DNA of 64,000 bases. Origin: Candidatus Dojkabacteria bacterium. Lineage in GTDB: Bacteria; Patescibacteriota; Dojkabacteria; SC72. This document shows positions 27,708 to 36,066 of the stretch, piece by piece. The translations under genes and the position numbers were made by a program. Under the pieces are notes generated by a model, which was given only the letters and a program-made list of their open reading frames with translations, did not search any database and was not told where the DNA came from. Location: assembly GCA_016182915.1 (NCBI GenBank), contig JACPFP010000003.1, positions 8,806-72,805 of the forward strand. The letters are read 5' to 3'. Positions within the stretch are counted from its first letter, which is position 1, and every line of letters starts with the position of its first letter.

Positions 27708-30263
27708 TTACTTCTCTTTTCTTGCTCCCTTAAGTACTCTGCTCTCGAAGTATTTCTTCTTTAGCTCTTCTTTTCTTTCTCCAGATGACATCAGTATTGA
27801 GAATTTGCTATATGCAGGTGAGTTAACAATTTTAAGAAGAATACCATCTGATCTCTGTGAATATGCAAACATTAAACCAGTTACTACCAAGAATATTCCT
27901 ATGATTGCTTTGACTAGATTTGAGTCTCCGATTGCTGTTGTTGGGACTCCACCACAGCTTATAAATACTGAATTTGTATAGCTGAAACTATTATTGTCAT
28001 CCTCCTGATTTGGGTAGCCTGTTACCAGATTTACGTAGTTTCCAAAGTAGTTTTGTGGAACGACGAATGTGTATGAAAGGAAGTTATCTTTTGTAATTTG
28101 AGTCTGTCCAGATGGGATTGTGAATTGGGATAGAGCTCCTGTTAAATCCCACGTTATTTCGCTCACGGTTCCTCCTGATGTTGTTGCCGTTCCTCCATTG
28201 CTGATACTTGCTGTATCTAACCAGCCTGCAAGGTATCCCTGTGGTCTGTCTACAACCCTTTCAAGAATACCGACCTCTGTTGGATTATCTTCATTAATAT
28301 AAGTTGCAGATATATTAAATTTGACCTGAGCATATGCGCTTACTGTTCCTTCATTTACACAGACAACAGCACTGGACTTTTCTATATCCCAGTTAGGGTT
28401 GGAATCGGGACATGTACAGGAGTTTTGATCACAGGAATCCCAGCTACAGCTAGTTCCTGGAGGATTACCAAGTTCACACTGTTCAGGAGCCTGTGGGCTT
28501 GCATTTATAACTCCATCTCCACATATTGGTGTTGTAGAGTTACATAGACAATCTGCTTCTGTTGGGCATGATACATTTATACACTTCCCTCCTACACATG
28601 AGGTTCCATCTGTACAAGGTACAGTTGAACTACATGATTCCTGACAGGAGGCAGTTTCACTTGGTGGATTTTCTGGAGGTATTTCAGTTAGTGGAGTTCT
28701 GGAACAGTCTTTCTCACACACATTATGTGTTGCAATACATACTTGGTAACAGGATTGACCAATAGCAGCGCACGTAGCTCTGTATGTAGGAGTTTCCTGA
28801 CATACGCATGTGGCAGTGCCTTGTGGGCAGGCTCCTCCAGAGGTAGGGACAAGACATTCATCCTGAAGTTCCTTTGGAATATAACCTAACTCAGCAGTTG
28901 GTACATAGACCCCAAGTCCTGTAAATTCGTCTGTTTTTATAAGCTTAAAGCCAAGTTCCTGAATTAATAGAGATTGGTTTGCTGTTGAGCAATTTGTGAT
29001 TGATGTTGCTTCAAGTTGTTTGGAAGTTAATTCCTTACATTTCTCTCTAAGTTTTTTTGCAATCTCTTCAACCTTAGTTGGGGTGACACAGTTACTCGTA
29101 CCCCCAGTCTCATCATCAGCCTTCTTCTCTTTCTCCTGTTCAAGTTCAGCATCAGTACAAATATCATCGGCAAATCCTTTGTAAGCTTTCTTCCTTTGAA
29201 TCTCGTTATAATCTGCAATCGCTTGAGCGACTAATCCACCTAGTTTTGTTTTAGTATCTTTGTCACTATCTCTAAATGTTCCGTAAAGTGCAGATAGATA
29301 TTCTTTACTTGTTTTACCAACTTGAACCTCTCTTAGAAATGTCGCATAGGTACACTTTTCTCCGGGTTTTAAATCTTGACAATAGGCCTCATTCTTATTT
29401 GCTTCAATTGCTGTAACCAATGCGTTATTCTGAGCTGCAATCTGTTGGTCAAGTATTTTTTGGTCTACTTCTTTCTCTTTCCATTCTTTTGCATCTTCAT
29501 GTCTTCCTTCGTTTTTAGCATTTTCTGACTTTGCATTCACAAATTCATTCCAGTCTTTACAGGTATTACTTTCCAAACAATTTTTTGCTTTTCCTGCGGC
29601 TTCTGCACCTGTGGACGATAGATTATTTATGTCATTTACCTTTACAAATAGAAAACCTGAGAAACTTGCTAGTACCACAAATGAGGCAATTGCGCTAAAT
29701 AGTTTCAAATTCTTATTCGTAGACTTTCTTGATCTGATAAATAGTACAGCCGCAACGATTAGAAGGATTAAAAGGATTGCCGCAATTATATAATCAGAAA
29801 CACTTAAAGCATCAGTAGCTTTCTCGTTTGTAATTAAATCTAGTGCAGATTGAACTGTTGTCACTTTGGTTTTTTCCGCTTCTACGGATTTCGACAGGTC
29901 GTTTGCAGAATTTACGGTCTTAAAGACTTCTAGAATCTGTTCTTTTCCACTTATACATGCACCCTCATGCAAAAACATAGGTACAGTGCCCTTCTCCTTA
30001 CCGCATGTTACTAGAGCAACTTGATATGCCGTTTTATTTGCCTCGGATTTATCAATATTCTTTAGTGAGTATGAGCTTGCTTCATACGTTTTCTTCAATT
30101 CTGTTTCTAGTTCATCACAGAATTCACATGTATCTGATGTAAATATTGATATAGCTTTCTCACTTAAGGTTGTTTCAGCAAAAACCTTTGAATTGGATGC
30201 AAAAGAAAAAAGCAGTGTAACTCCTGCTAAGAGTATGAGGTATTTTAAAATTCTATTATTCAC
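27708..30263 (-). CDS. Large (851-aa) membrane protein with an N-terminal CxxC thioredoxin/glutaredoxin-like domain and an extremely Cys-rich domain.
   Basis: Signal-like N-terminus, CEFC motif, a TM helix near residue 150, a roughly 200-aa segment containing many Cys (CPQGTATCVCQE..CINVSCPTEADCLCNSTTPICGDG..CSWDSCDQNSCTCPD) and a second TM helix near residue 750. Confidence 0.5.
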   Translation of the reverse strand: MNNRILKYLILLAGVTLLFSFASNSKVFAETTLSEKAISIFTSDTCEFCDELETELKKTYEASSYSLKNIDKSEANKTAYQVALVTCGKEKGTVPMFLHEGACISGKEQILEVFKTVNSANDLSKSVEAEKTKVTTVQSALDLITNEKATDALSVSDYIIAAILLILLIVAAVLFIRSRKSTNKNLKLFSAIASFVVLASFSGFLFVKVNDINNLSSTGAEAAGKAKNCLESNTCKDWNEFVNAKSENAKNEGRHEDAKEWKEKEVDQKILDQQIAAQNNALVTAIEANKNEAYCQDLKPGEKCTYATFLREVQVGKTSKEYLSALYGTFRDSDKDTKTKLGGLVAQAIADYNEIQRKKAYKGFADDICTDAELEQEKEKKADDETGGTSNCVTPTKVEEIAKKLREKCKELTSKQLEATSITNCSTANQSLLIQELGFKLIKTDEFTGLGVYVPTAELGYIPKELQDECLVPTSGGACPQGTATCVCQETPTYRATCAAIGQSCYQVCIATHNVCEKDCSRTPLTEIPPENPPSETASCQESCSSTVPCTDGTSCVGGKCINVSCPTEADCLCNSTTPICGDGVINASPQAPEQCELGNPPGTSCSWDSCDQNSCTCPDSNPNWDIEKSSAVVCVNEGTVSAYAQVKFNISATYINEDNPTEVGILERVVDRPQGYLAGWLDTASISNGGTATTSGGTVSEITWDLTGALSQFTIPSGQTQITKDNFLSYTFVVPQNYFGNYVNLVTGYPNQEDDNNSFSYTNSVFISCGGVPTTAIGDSNLVKAIIGIFLVVTGLMFAYSQRSDGILLKIVNSPAYSKFSILMSSGERKEELKKKYFESRVLKGARKEK

Positions 30264-30423
30264 TAAATCAAGAGCAGTAATCTTAGAGTCTAATTCATAA
30301 CAACTACATAATTTATAACTGTTTTTTTTATAACTTGCAATGGTTTTAGTTATTCTCTAAGTAGCTTGGTATATTCTTGAAATTTAGGTAGTATTAACTA
30401 GTTTAACTTCTGAAAATAAATGC

Positions 30424-31113
30424 ATGTCATATACTGTAAAGATTGTGAAAATAGAGCCAATTACTCATAATGTTAGAAGGTATACATTGGAGAAACCGGA
30501 AAACTACAGCTTTATTCCTGGTCAGGCTACGGATGTCTCTATAAACATGGAGGAATGGAAAGAGGATAAACATCCTTTTACATTTACATGCTTAAATTCC
30601 TCCCCTACTCTTGAATTCACAATTAAGAGTTACTTCTTGAAAGATTTTCCCAATCACTCAGGGATGACAGAGAAGCTTTTCACCTTGAATGTTGGTGATG
30701 AACTTATTCTTGATGATCCATGGGGAACCATTAACTATAAGGGGAAAGGTATCTTTATTGCTGGTGGAGCAGGTATCACACCTTTTATAGCTATACTTAG
30801 AGATTTACAGTCAAGAAATGAAATCTCTGGAAATAGACTTTTCTTCTCAAATAAAACCGAGAAGGACATAATTATCAAGGATGAGCTTATTGATATTTTT
30901 AAAGATAATCCAAAAGACCTCCTCTTTACCCTAACTCAGGAGGAAAAGGAAGGTTATGAACATGGAAGAATTAATAGGGAGTTTCTTGAGAGAGAGATTA
31001 GTGATTTTAAAACTAACTTCTACATCTGTGGTCCTTCACAGATGAAGCATGAGTTGATCGAGACTGTAAAAGGGTTAGGAGCATCTGTTGACTCTATCGT
31101 GTTTGAACAGTGA
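30424..31113 (+). CDS. FAD/NAD(P)-binding oxidoreductase, ferredoxin-NADP reductase-like.
   Basis: ..RRYTLEKP..FIPGQATDV.. flavin-binding region, GIFIAGGAGITPFIAILR NAD(P)-binding motif and C-terminal ..YICGPSQM. Confidence 0.7.
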   Translation: MSYTVKIVKIEPITHNVRRYTLEKPENYSFIPGQATDVSINMEEWKEDKHPFTFTCLNSSPTLEFTIKSYFLKDFPNHSGMTEKLFTLNVGDELILDDPWGTINYKGKGIFIAGGAGITPFIAILRDLQSRNEISGNRLFFSNKTEKDIIIKDELIDIFKDNPKDLLFTLTQEEKEGYEHGRINREFLEREISDFKTNFYICGPSQMKHELIETVKGLGASVDSIVFEQ

Positions 31114-31115
31114 AG

Positions 31116-32090
31116 CTAAAGGATTCTCGTTAAGATATATCCGACATATATAGTTATAATTATAATCCCTGAAATCCTACTTATAGACTTATTTCCACCG
31201 AGCAGCTTCATTTCAATAAGGATGGCTATCACAATGATGAAGTTATACATATTGGTAAAATAGATATCATCAACGGCATTCTGGTCTAACTTTAGATTGT
31301 GAAATACTGCAGGGAGTCCAACTCCTAATCCTATATTGATAATATTCCCTCCAAATACATTTCCCAGGATAATATCAATATAGCCCTTCTTTGCAGCCTG
31401 TATTGAGGCTACGATTGTTGGAAGTGATGTACCTATACCTACTAGTGTCAAACCAATTATATATGGATCTATTCCAAGTGCGGATGCAAGTAATGGGGCT
31501 GAGTATGTAAGAAGGAAAGATGCTCCTATAAGGGTAAGTAATCCAGTTACTATAAGTAATATGCTTTTTTTCAAAGAGACTTTAATTTGACTTTCTATCT
31601 CCATCTGTGAGCTATCATCCTTATTTACCTTTTCTCTTGTTGCATACTGGAAAATTATAAGGGCGACCATTACATAGGCAAGAAGCATGAGTACTCCTTC
31701 ATACCTCGAAATATCGTAGTTAACGGCAAATGCAGTGAGAAGTGCCATTAGACCTAGATAAAGGGGAATCTCTTTTTCAAATACTACATATTTAGTTACT
31801 ATATCAGTCATGAAGGCAGGAATCCCAAGTGCCAACCCAAGGTTTACATAGTTAGTACCAAGCATATTTCCTATCGCAATTGTTAGATTTTCAGGATCTA
31901 GAAGAAGAATTGCAATATTAATAGCAATCGATGGAAGAATGCTTCCAAATGCGACTATTGTTGAGCCTATTACAAGCGGGCTTATCTTATATTTTTTGGC
32001 TAATGCAATGGCGCCATCCAACATCCAAGTGGAGCCAGTCACCAAGAAGTATAAACTTAGAATTATTAAAAGAGAGTTTAGTAATATCAT
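31116..32090 (-). CDS. Sodium/calcium exchanger family (CaCA) membrane protein.
   Basis: Two internal alpha-repeat regions (..GSTIVAFGSILPSIAINI.. and ..GNVFGGNIINIGLGVGLPA..) with about ten TM helices. Confidence 0.75.
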   Translation of the reverse strand: MILLNSLLIILSLYFLVTGSTWMLDGAIALAKKYKISPLVIGSTIVAFGSILPSIAINIAILLLDPENLTIAIGNMLGTNYVNLGLALGIPAFMTDIVTKYVVFEKEIPLYLGLMALLTAFAVNYDISRYEGVLMLLAYVMVALIIFQYATREKVNKDDSSQMEIESQIKVSLKKSILLIVTGLLTLIGASFLLTYSAPLLASALGIDPYIIGLTLVGIGTSLPTIVASIQAAKKGYIDIILGNVFGGNIINIGLGVGLPAVFHNLKLDQNAVDDIYFTNMYNFIIVIAILIEMKLLGGNKSISRISGIIIITIYVGYILTRIL

Positions 32091-32124
32091 GGCGTCTATT
32101 ATATCAGACCAATATGATTTAATG

Positions 32125-32469
32125 CTACGCGTTTAGTCTTTCTGATAACCATTTCTCAAATTTAATTGGAAGCTCAGAATTTATCCTATGACCAATATTA
32201 AGTATTGCTTCAAGGTTATAAACGGTTTTGCTAGACCCAGGAATGTTTTTATCAACCATCTGAGCCGTTATTCTCTTCTCATCTAGCTTTCCTTTCTTAT
32301 ATGCATTTCTAAGATGTTTTTTGATTGTGAGGATTTGAACATTATAGAGGGTTGCAATGTCCTTAAGTGATAACCATACCCTATCCTGATAGAAATTTAT
32401 ATAAACCTTTAACTCATCAAGCGGTCTTGGATATATTTTTCTTATAATCTGGTCTTTAGGTATTTCCAA
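32125..32469 (-). CDS. RhuM-family protein fragment (N-terminal about one third only).
   Basis: ..VWLSLKDIATLYNVQILTIKKHL.. and ..TVYNLEAILNIGHRINSELPIKFEKW.. resemble the conserved RhuM core. The ORF is 114 aa against about 330 aa for full-length members. The downstream gene begins 34 bp after its stop. Confidence 0.45.
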   Translation of the reverse strand: MEIPKDQIIRKIYPRPLDELKVYINFYQDRVWLSLKDIATLYNVQILTIKKHLRNAYKKGKLDEKRITAQMVDKNIPGSSKTVYNLEAILNIGHRINSELPIKFEKWLSERLNA

Positions 32470-32555
32470 AGGTTTAAATATTTAATTAAACATTGGATGA
32501 ATATAACATATTTATTAGCAGAATATTAATACCCTCTTTAATTTACCCTGAATTT

Positions 32556-33254
32556 TTATTTTCTCTTTGATTTCATAATTAAGCTGAAGATTGTTAATTC
32601 TCCTATAAGGGATAGGACGAGAAGGGCAATTTGTGTTCTTAATTGGGAATTTGAGACTTCGAAGAAATACTTTTCCGTTGGAATACCAAATAGCATAAAG
32701 CTTATAAGGTCTTTTTTCTCATTCAAATAGAAGGGGGCATAAGCGTATATACGTTCTATTCCATCTTCTCCCTTAAACTTTAGTACCCCACTCTTTTGTG
32801 AGAGAACTAGGCTGAATGTTACGGCAGGGAATTTCATTTTTCCAAGAAGAGCATTATCAGAGGGATATACTATTACTATTGAACCTAAGTCGTCAGTGAC
32901 AAGGAACTCAGAGTTTTTAGGAAGGTCAAATCCGTCTATATAGTCGTTTACATATGTAAGTCTAATAGATAGAAATAATCCACTCTGTACATTTCCCTCT
33001 CTATCCAGGTGAGGATATCCAACGCCGATTCTAGGTTCGCTAGATACAGCACTAACTCCAAAATTGGTTACAACAAACTTCTTACTTGAAATCATCTCTA
33101 CATATTCTGGGATTCTTTTTGCTAGGTTATCGTTCTCAGGAAACGCTAACTTTGAGCAGACAATATCTCCACTAGGAGTTGCTACTCCATAGTTAATGTA
33201 CAGCTCATCATCTATATATCTCTTTATAGCGAGAGGAACATGGGTTATCTTCAA
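32556..33254 (-). CDS. Hypothetical protein with a C-terminal TM helix; possibly the 3' part of a frameshifted gene.
   Basis: The track start is TTG and the first ATG is at residue 55. Its frame is open upstream to 33266 and overlaps the 98-aa ORF by 47 nt. Confidence 0.4.
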   Translation of the reverse strand: MKITHVPLAIKRYIDDELYINYGVATPSGDIVCSKLAFPENDNLAKRIPEYVEMISSKKFVVTNFGVSAVSSEPRIGVGYPHLDREGNVQSGLFLSIRLTYVNDYIDGFDLPKNSEFLVTDDLGSIVIVYPSDNALLGKMKFPAVTFSLVLSQKSGVLKFKGEDGIERIYAYAPFYLNEKKDLISFMLFGIPTEKYFFEVSNSQLRTQIALLVLSLIGELTIFSLIMKSKRK

Positions 33255-33504
33255 GTTTGTTTTCGGTTATATCTTTTGACCAGGTGGCTAATATGTCTTC
33301 AGAATCGCTTACTATCTTCTCATACTCACTGCTCAGGGTCTTAAAGATAACTTTCGCTTGCTGTTCTGTATTACTTTTTTGAGCTGTACTCAGTGTGCTT
33401 ATAAATGTTGTAAGAAGAAGAGGAATTATGATTATTTGGGCTATAAGGAGAAGGTTAATCCAATATGTGTTATGAATGTGATCTACATTCCTATCTTTGA
33501 ACAT
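33208..33504 (-). CDS. Hypothetical N-terminal membrane-anchor protein; possibly the 5' part of the same frameshifted gene.
   Basis: A TM helix at residues 15-37 followed by a soluble segment. The ORF terminates inside the start region of the next ORF. Confidence 0.4.
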   Translation of the reverse strand: MFKDRNVDHIHNTYWINLLLIAQIIIIPLLLTTFISTLSTAQKSNTEQQAKVIFKTLSSEYEKIVSDSEDILATWSKDITENKLEDNPCSSRYKEIYR

Positions 33505-33694
33505 ATTTAATAATTAACATATATAAATATATAACTCAATAGAAATATTATAAATGTGAATTCTTTGTTAATACTCCCCGGTTTTTACCTTGTAATTTAG
33601 GACTTTTACTAGATCTTTGGAAAGCTATTTATATTTCTCTCCTTCTTATGTACTATGTATTAAGTATCATATTTTTACTAAGGTAAAACTTTAA

Positions 33695-35062
33695 ATGAAA
33701 CCTAAGCATCAGCAGTTTATATTCTACTTGGTTTTATTTCTAATAATATTTCTATATTTCCTTCCTGAGATTCGGTTGTTAACTAAATATACCCTCAATA
33801 ATGGGTTTAGGTCCTCAGCTTTAGTTACGGAGAGGATTAGAGAGATTAAAGGGAGTACATACACAGTCGAAGTTCCGCTTCGAAATTTCGGGAATGTTGA
33901 TTTGGATACTTCATATATTGAACTCTCAGGGTCAAAGTATCTGTTTGAAGTGTCGTATGAAAACTACTCATACTTTTTTGATAGGATTGTTCCATTTACC
34001 AAAATTTTTCTGAATGATGAAAGAGTACGTTTTGATAGTGAAAATGAGGTTGCATATATTACTGATACTCACGAAATTCCAATCTCATATTCAGTCATAT
34101 CTGAAATGTACATATTTGATACAAATCAAAACCTTACATATGAATGGGAGGTTGGAACCTTTGGTAAAGCAGGCTTTACCTATTGGTCTGGGAGAATATC
34201 CTACCTTTTTCAGCTTTTTGTTTGGTTTTTTGCGATTTTCGGTTTCTTTAAAGTAAAAAGAAATTGGACAATTATATATGACTCTGCAACAAAGAAGCCG
34301 ATTCCTGGAGTTATAGTTCGTATATATTCTGAAGGTCGATTAGTAAAGACAACTATTACAAGCGTAATCGGTTTTATTGATGTAAGGCTAAATAAGGGGA
34401 AATATACGATAGCTGTAGCAAAGCCAGGGTATAAATTCCCAAGTAATCTTGCTCCTCTTGCAAATGATGACTACTATAACAACCTATACTATGGGGGGGA
34501 TGTAACAATTGAGAGGAACAACTCACGCCTTAAACTTAATATACCGCTTGACCCCGATGGGGCGATGGTTCAGTCTTCACAGGTGAATGTCCTACTCTCC
34601 GGAGCTCTTTCGCTTTTCGATAATGCTAGCCCACATATGTTAATCGTAATTACCGGTGTCCAAATAGTTCTCTGGCCAACTTACATAGATACGTGGATAT
34701 TTACAGGAATTACACTTTCACTTTTCCTTGCTAAATATCTTATTAAACGTAGTTCTAAATCCTTTAAAGGGATCGTTAGGGATACGGGTGGGATACCAGT
34801 TCCTAACATTACTTTTAACCTTTACGATACTCAATGGGAAAAGTTTGTAAGGAGTTTTATATCGGATGAGAATGGTACCTTTGAGAGTATTGAAGTGCCT
34901 AACAGCTACTATGTTAAAGTGGCCAATCCTGAATGGAAATTTGCTGGAAGTGTTGGGGATAAATTCCCTGTTAAAGGGAAGCAGGTTGGAGCGGCTTTAT
35001 TCATTAACGATACTATTGTGGTTGAGAAAGTTGTCGCAACTACACCGGCTCCAGTACAATAA
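33695..35062 (+). CDS. Membrane protein with two carboxypeptidase-regulatory-like (CarboxypepD_reg) beta-sandwich domains.
   Basis: N-terminal TM helix and internal TM helices. Two repeats read ..IPGVIVRIYSEGRLVKTT..KGKYTIAVAKPGYKF and ..GIVRDTGGIPVPNITFNLYD..YYVKVANPEWKF. Confidence 0.45.
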   Translation: MKPKHQQFIFYLVLFLIIFLYFLPEIRLLTKYTLNNGFRSSALVTERIREIKGSTYTVEVPLRNFGNVDLDTSYIELSGSKYLFEVSYENYSYFFDRIVPFTKIFLNDERVRFDSENEVAYITDTHEIPISYSVISEMYIFDTNQNLTYEWEVGTFGKAGFTYWSGRISYLFQLFVWFFAIFGFFKVKRNWTIIYDSATKKPIPGVIVRIYSEGRLVKTTITSVIGFIDVRLNKGKYTIAVAKPGYKFPSNLAPLANDDYYNNLYYGGDVTIERNNSRLKLNIPLDPDGAMVQSSQVNVLLSGALSLFDNASPHMLIVITGVQIVLWPTYIDTWIFTGITLSLFLAKYLIKRSSKSFKGIVRDTGGIPVPNITFNLYDTQWEKFVRSFISDENGTFESIEVPNSYYVKVANPEWKFAGSVGDKFPVKGKQVGAALFINDTIVVEKVVATTPAPVQ

Positions 35063-35261
35063 CCTTCTTCTTGCTCTTAAGTCCTCTCTTAATTGTAAGT
35101 CTATTTTTTGATACCCCAATGAATTCAGAAAGAAGTTTTATTAGCGATATGTTTGCCATGTTTTCGTGTGCAGGGCTTTTAGTTGAAACGTAGTATATAC
35201 CATCTACAAGCTTTACCTGGTTCATTTTAGAACCTGCTTTAATCTGTACATTTAGTATCAT
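35040..35261 (-). CDS. DUF167 / YggU (UPF0235) family protein.
   Basis: A 73-aa protein whose ..VKAGSKMNQV..ENMANISLIKLLSEFIGVSKNRLTIKRGLKSKKKVI pattern matches the YggU family. Confidence 0.55.
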   Translation of the reverse strand: MILNVQIKAGSKMNQVKLVDGIYYVSTKSPAHENMANISLIKLLSEFIGVSKNRLTIKRGLKSKKKVIVLEPV

Positions 35262-35262
35262 T

Positions 35263-35973
35263 TCAAGGCTTTCTCATATACTTATCTTTTTTCTGCTGTG
35301 CAACTTTTTCTAGTGAATATCTTAGCATTGTTCTCGGCATTTCTTTTGAGTGCTTCTCTAAAAATGAATAGAGAGTTTTTATATCTTTCTTTCCTACCTC
35401 TCTTAACATCCAACCCACAGCCTTATGGATTAAGTCATGTGGATGGTTAAGAAGTATCTCTGCTATTCCCAGAGTGTCTTCAAATTCCCCGTTTTTTATA
35501 AAGGTTGCAGTTGCGAGTATGGCCATTCGCTGTTCCCAAAGGTTTTTAGAAGTTGCTAATTTGTATAGGATCTTCCTATTTTTGTCAGACAGGTACTTAC
35601 CTACAATATTTGGAGTTGTAACATCTACGAGATCCCAGTTATTTATATACTTTGTGTTTGTCAGGTATAGATTATATATCTTTGTGTGTTCCTTAGGGTC
35701 TTTTGATATCTCAAATTTCTTTACAAGTATGAGAAGAGCGAGCATTCTATATTCATGAAATCTTGAGTGTAGAAGCTTAATCGTCTGATCTATGGTTAGT
35801 TCTTTATAGTATTTTTTAACTAAGGAGCGTAATTGTGGAATACGAATTCCCACGAATATGTCCCCTTCCCCATACTCTCCTTTACTTGTCTTAAAGAATC
35901 TTTGAAGGTGAATACTATCCTCCTTATCCGCTCCCATCTCAAGCTCTATATATAGATTCTGTAACTTTCCCAT
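35263..35973 (-). CDS. DNA alkylation repair protein (AlkD/AlkC-like HEAT-repeat glycosylase family).
   Basis: ..LQRFFKTSKGEYGEGDIFVGIRIPQLR.. and ..NNWDLVD.. match the DNA_alkylation family. Confidence 0.7.
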   Translation of the reverse strand: MGKLQNLYIELEMGADKEDSIHLQRFFKTSKGEYGEGDIFVGIRIPQLRSLVKKYYKELTIDQTIKLLHSRFHEYRMLALLILVKKFEISKDPKEHTKIYNLYLTNTKYINNWDLVDVTTPNIVGKYLSDKNRKILYKLATSKNLWEQRMAILATATFIKNGEFEDTLGIAEILLNHPHDLIHKAVGWMLREVGKKDIKTLYSFLEKHSKEMPRTMLRYSLEKVAQQKKDKYMRKP

Positions 35974-36066
35974 AACAATGATATTATCACTAATTACCCA
36001 TACTTTATACTGTCCATTTTCTAGATATTCTGATAGACTTCGATATTATTTAAGCGTCTAAATATA

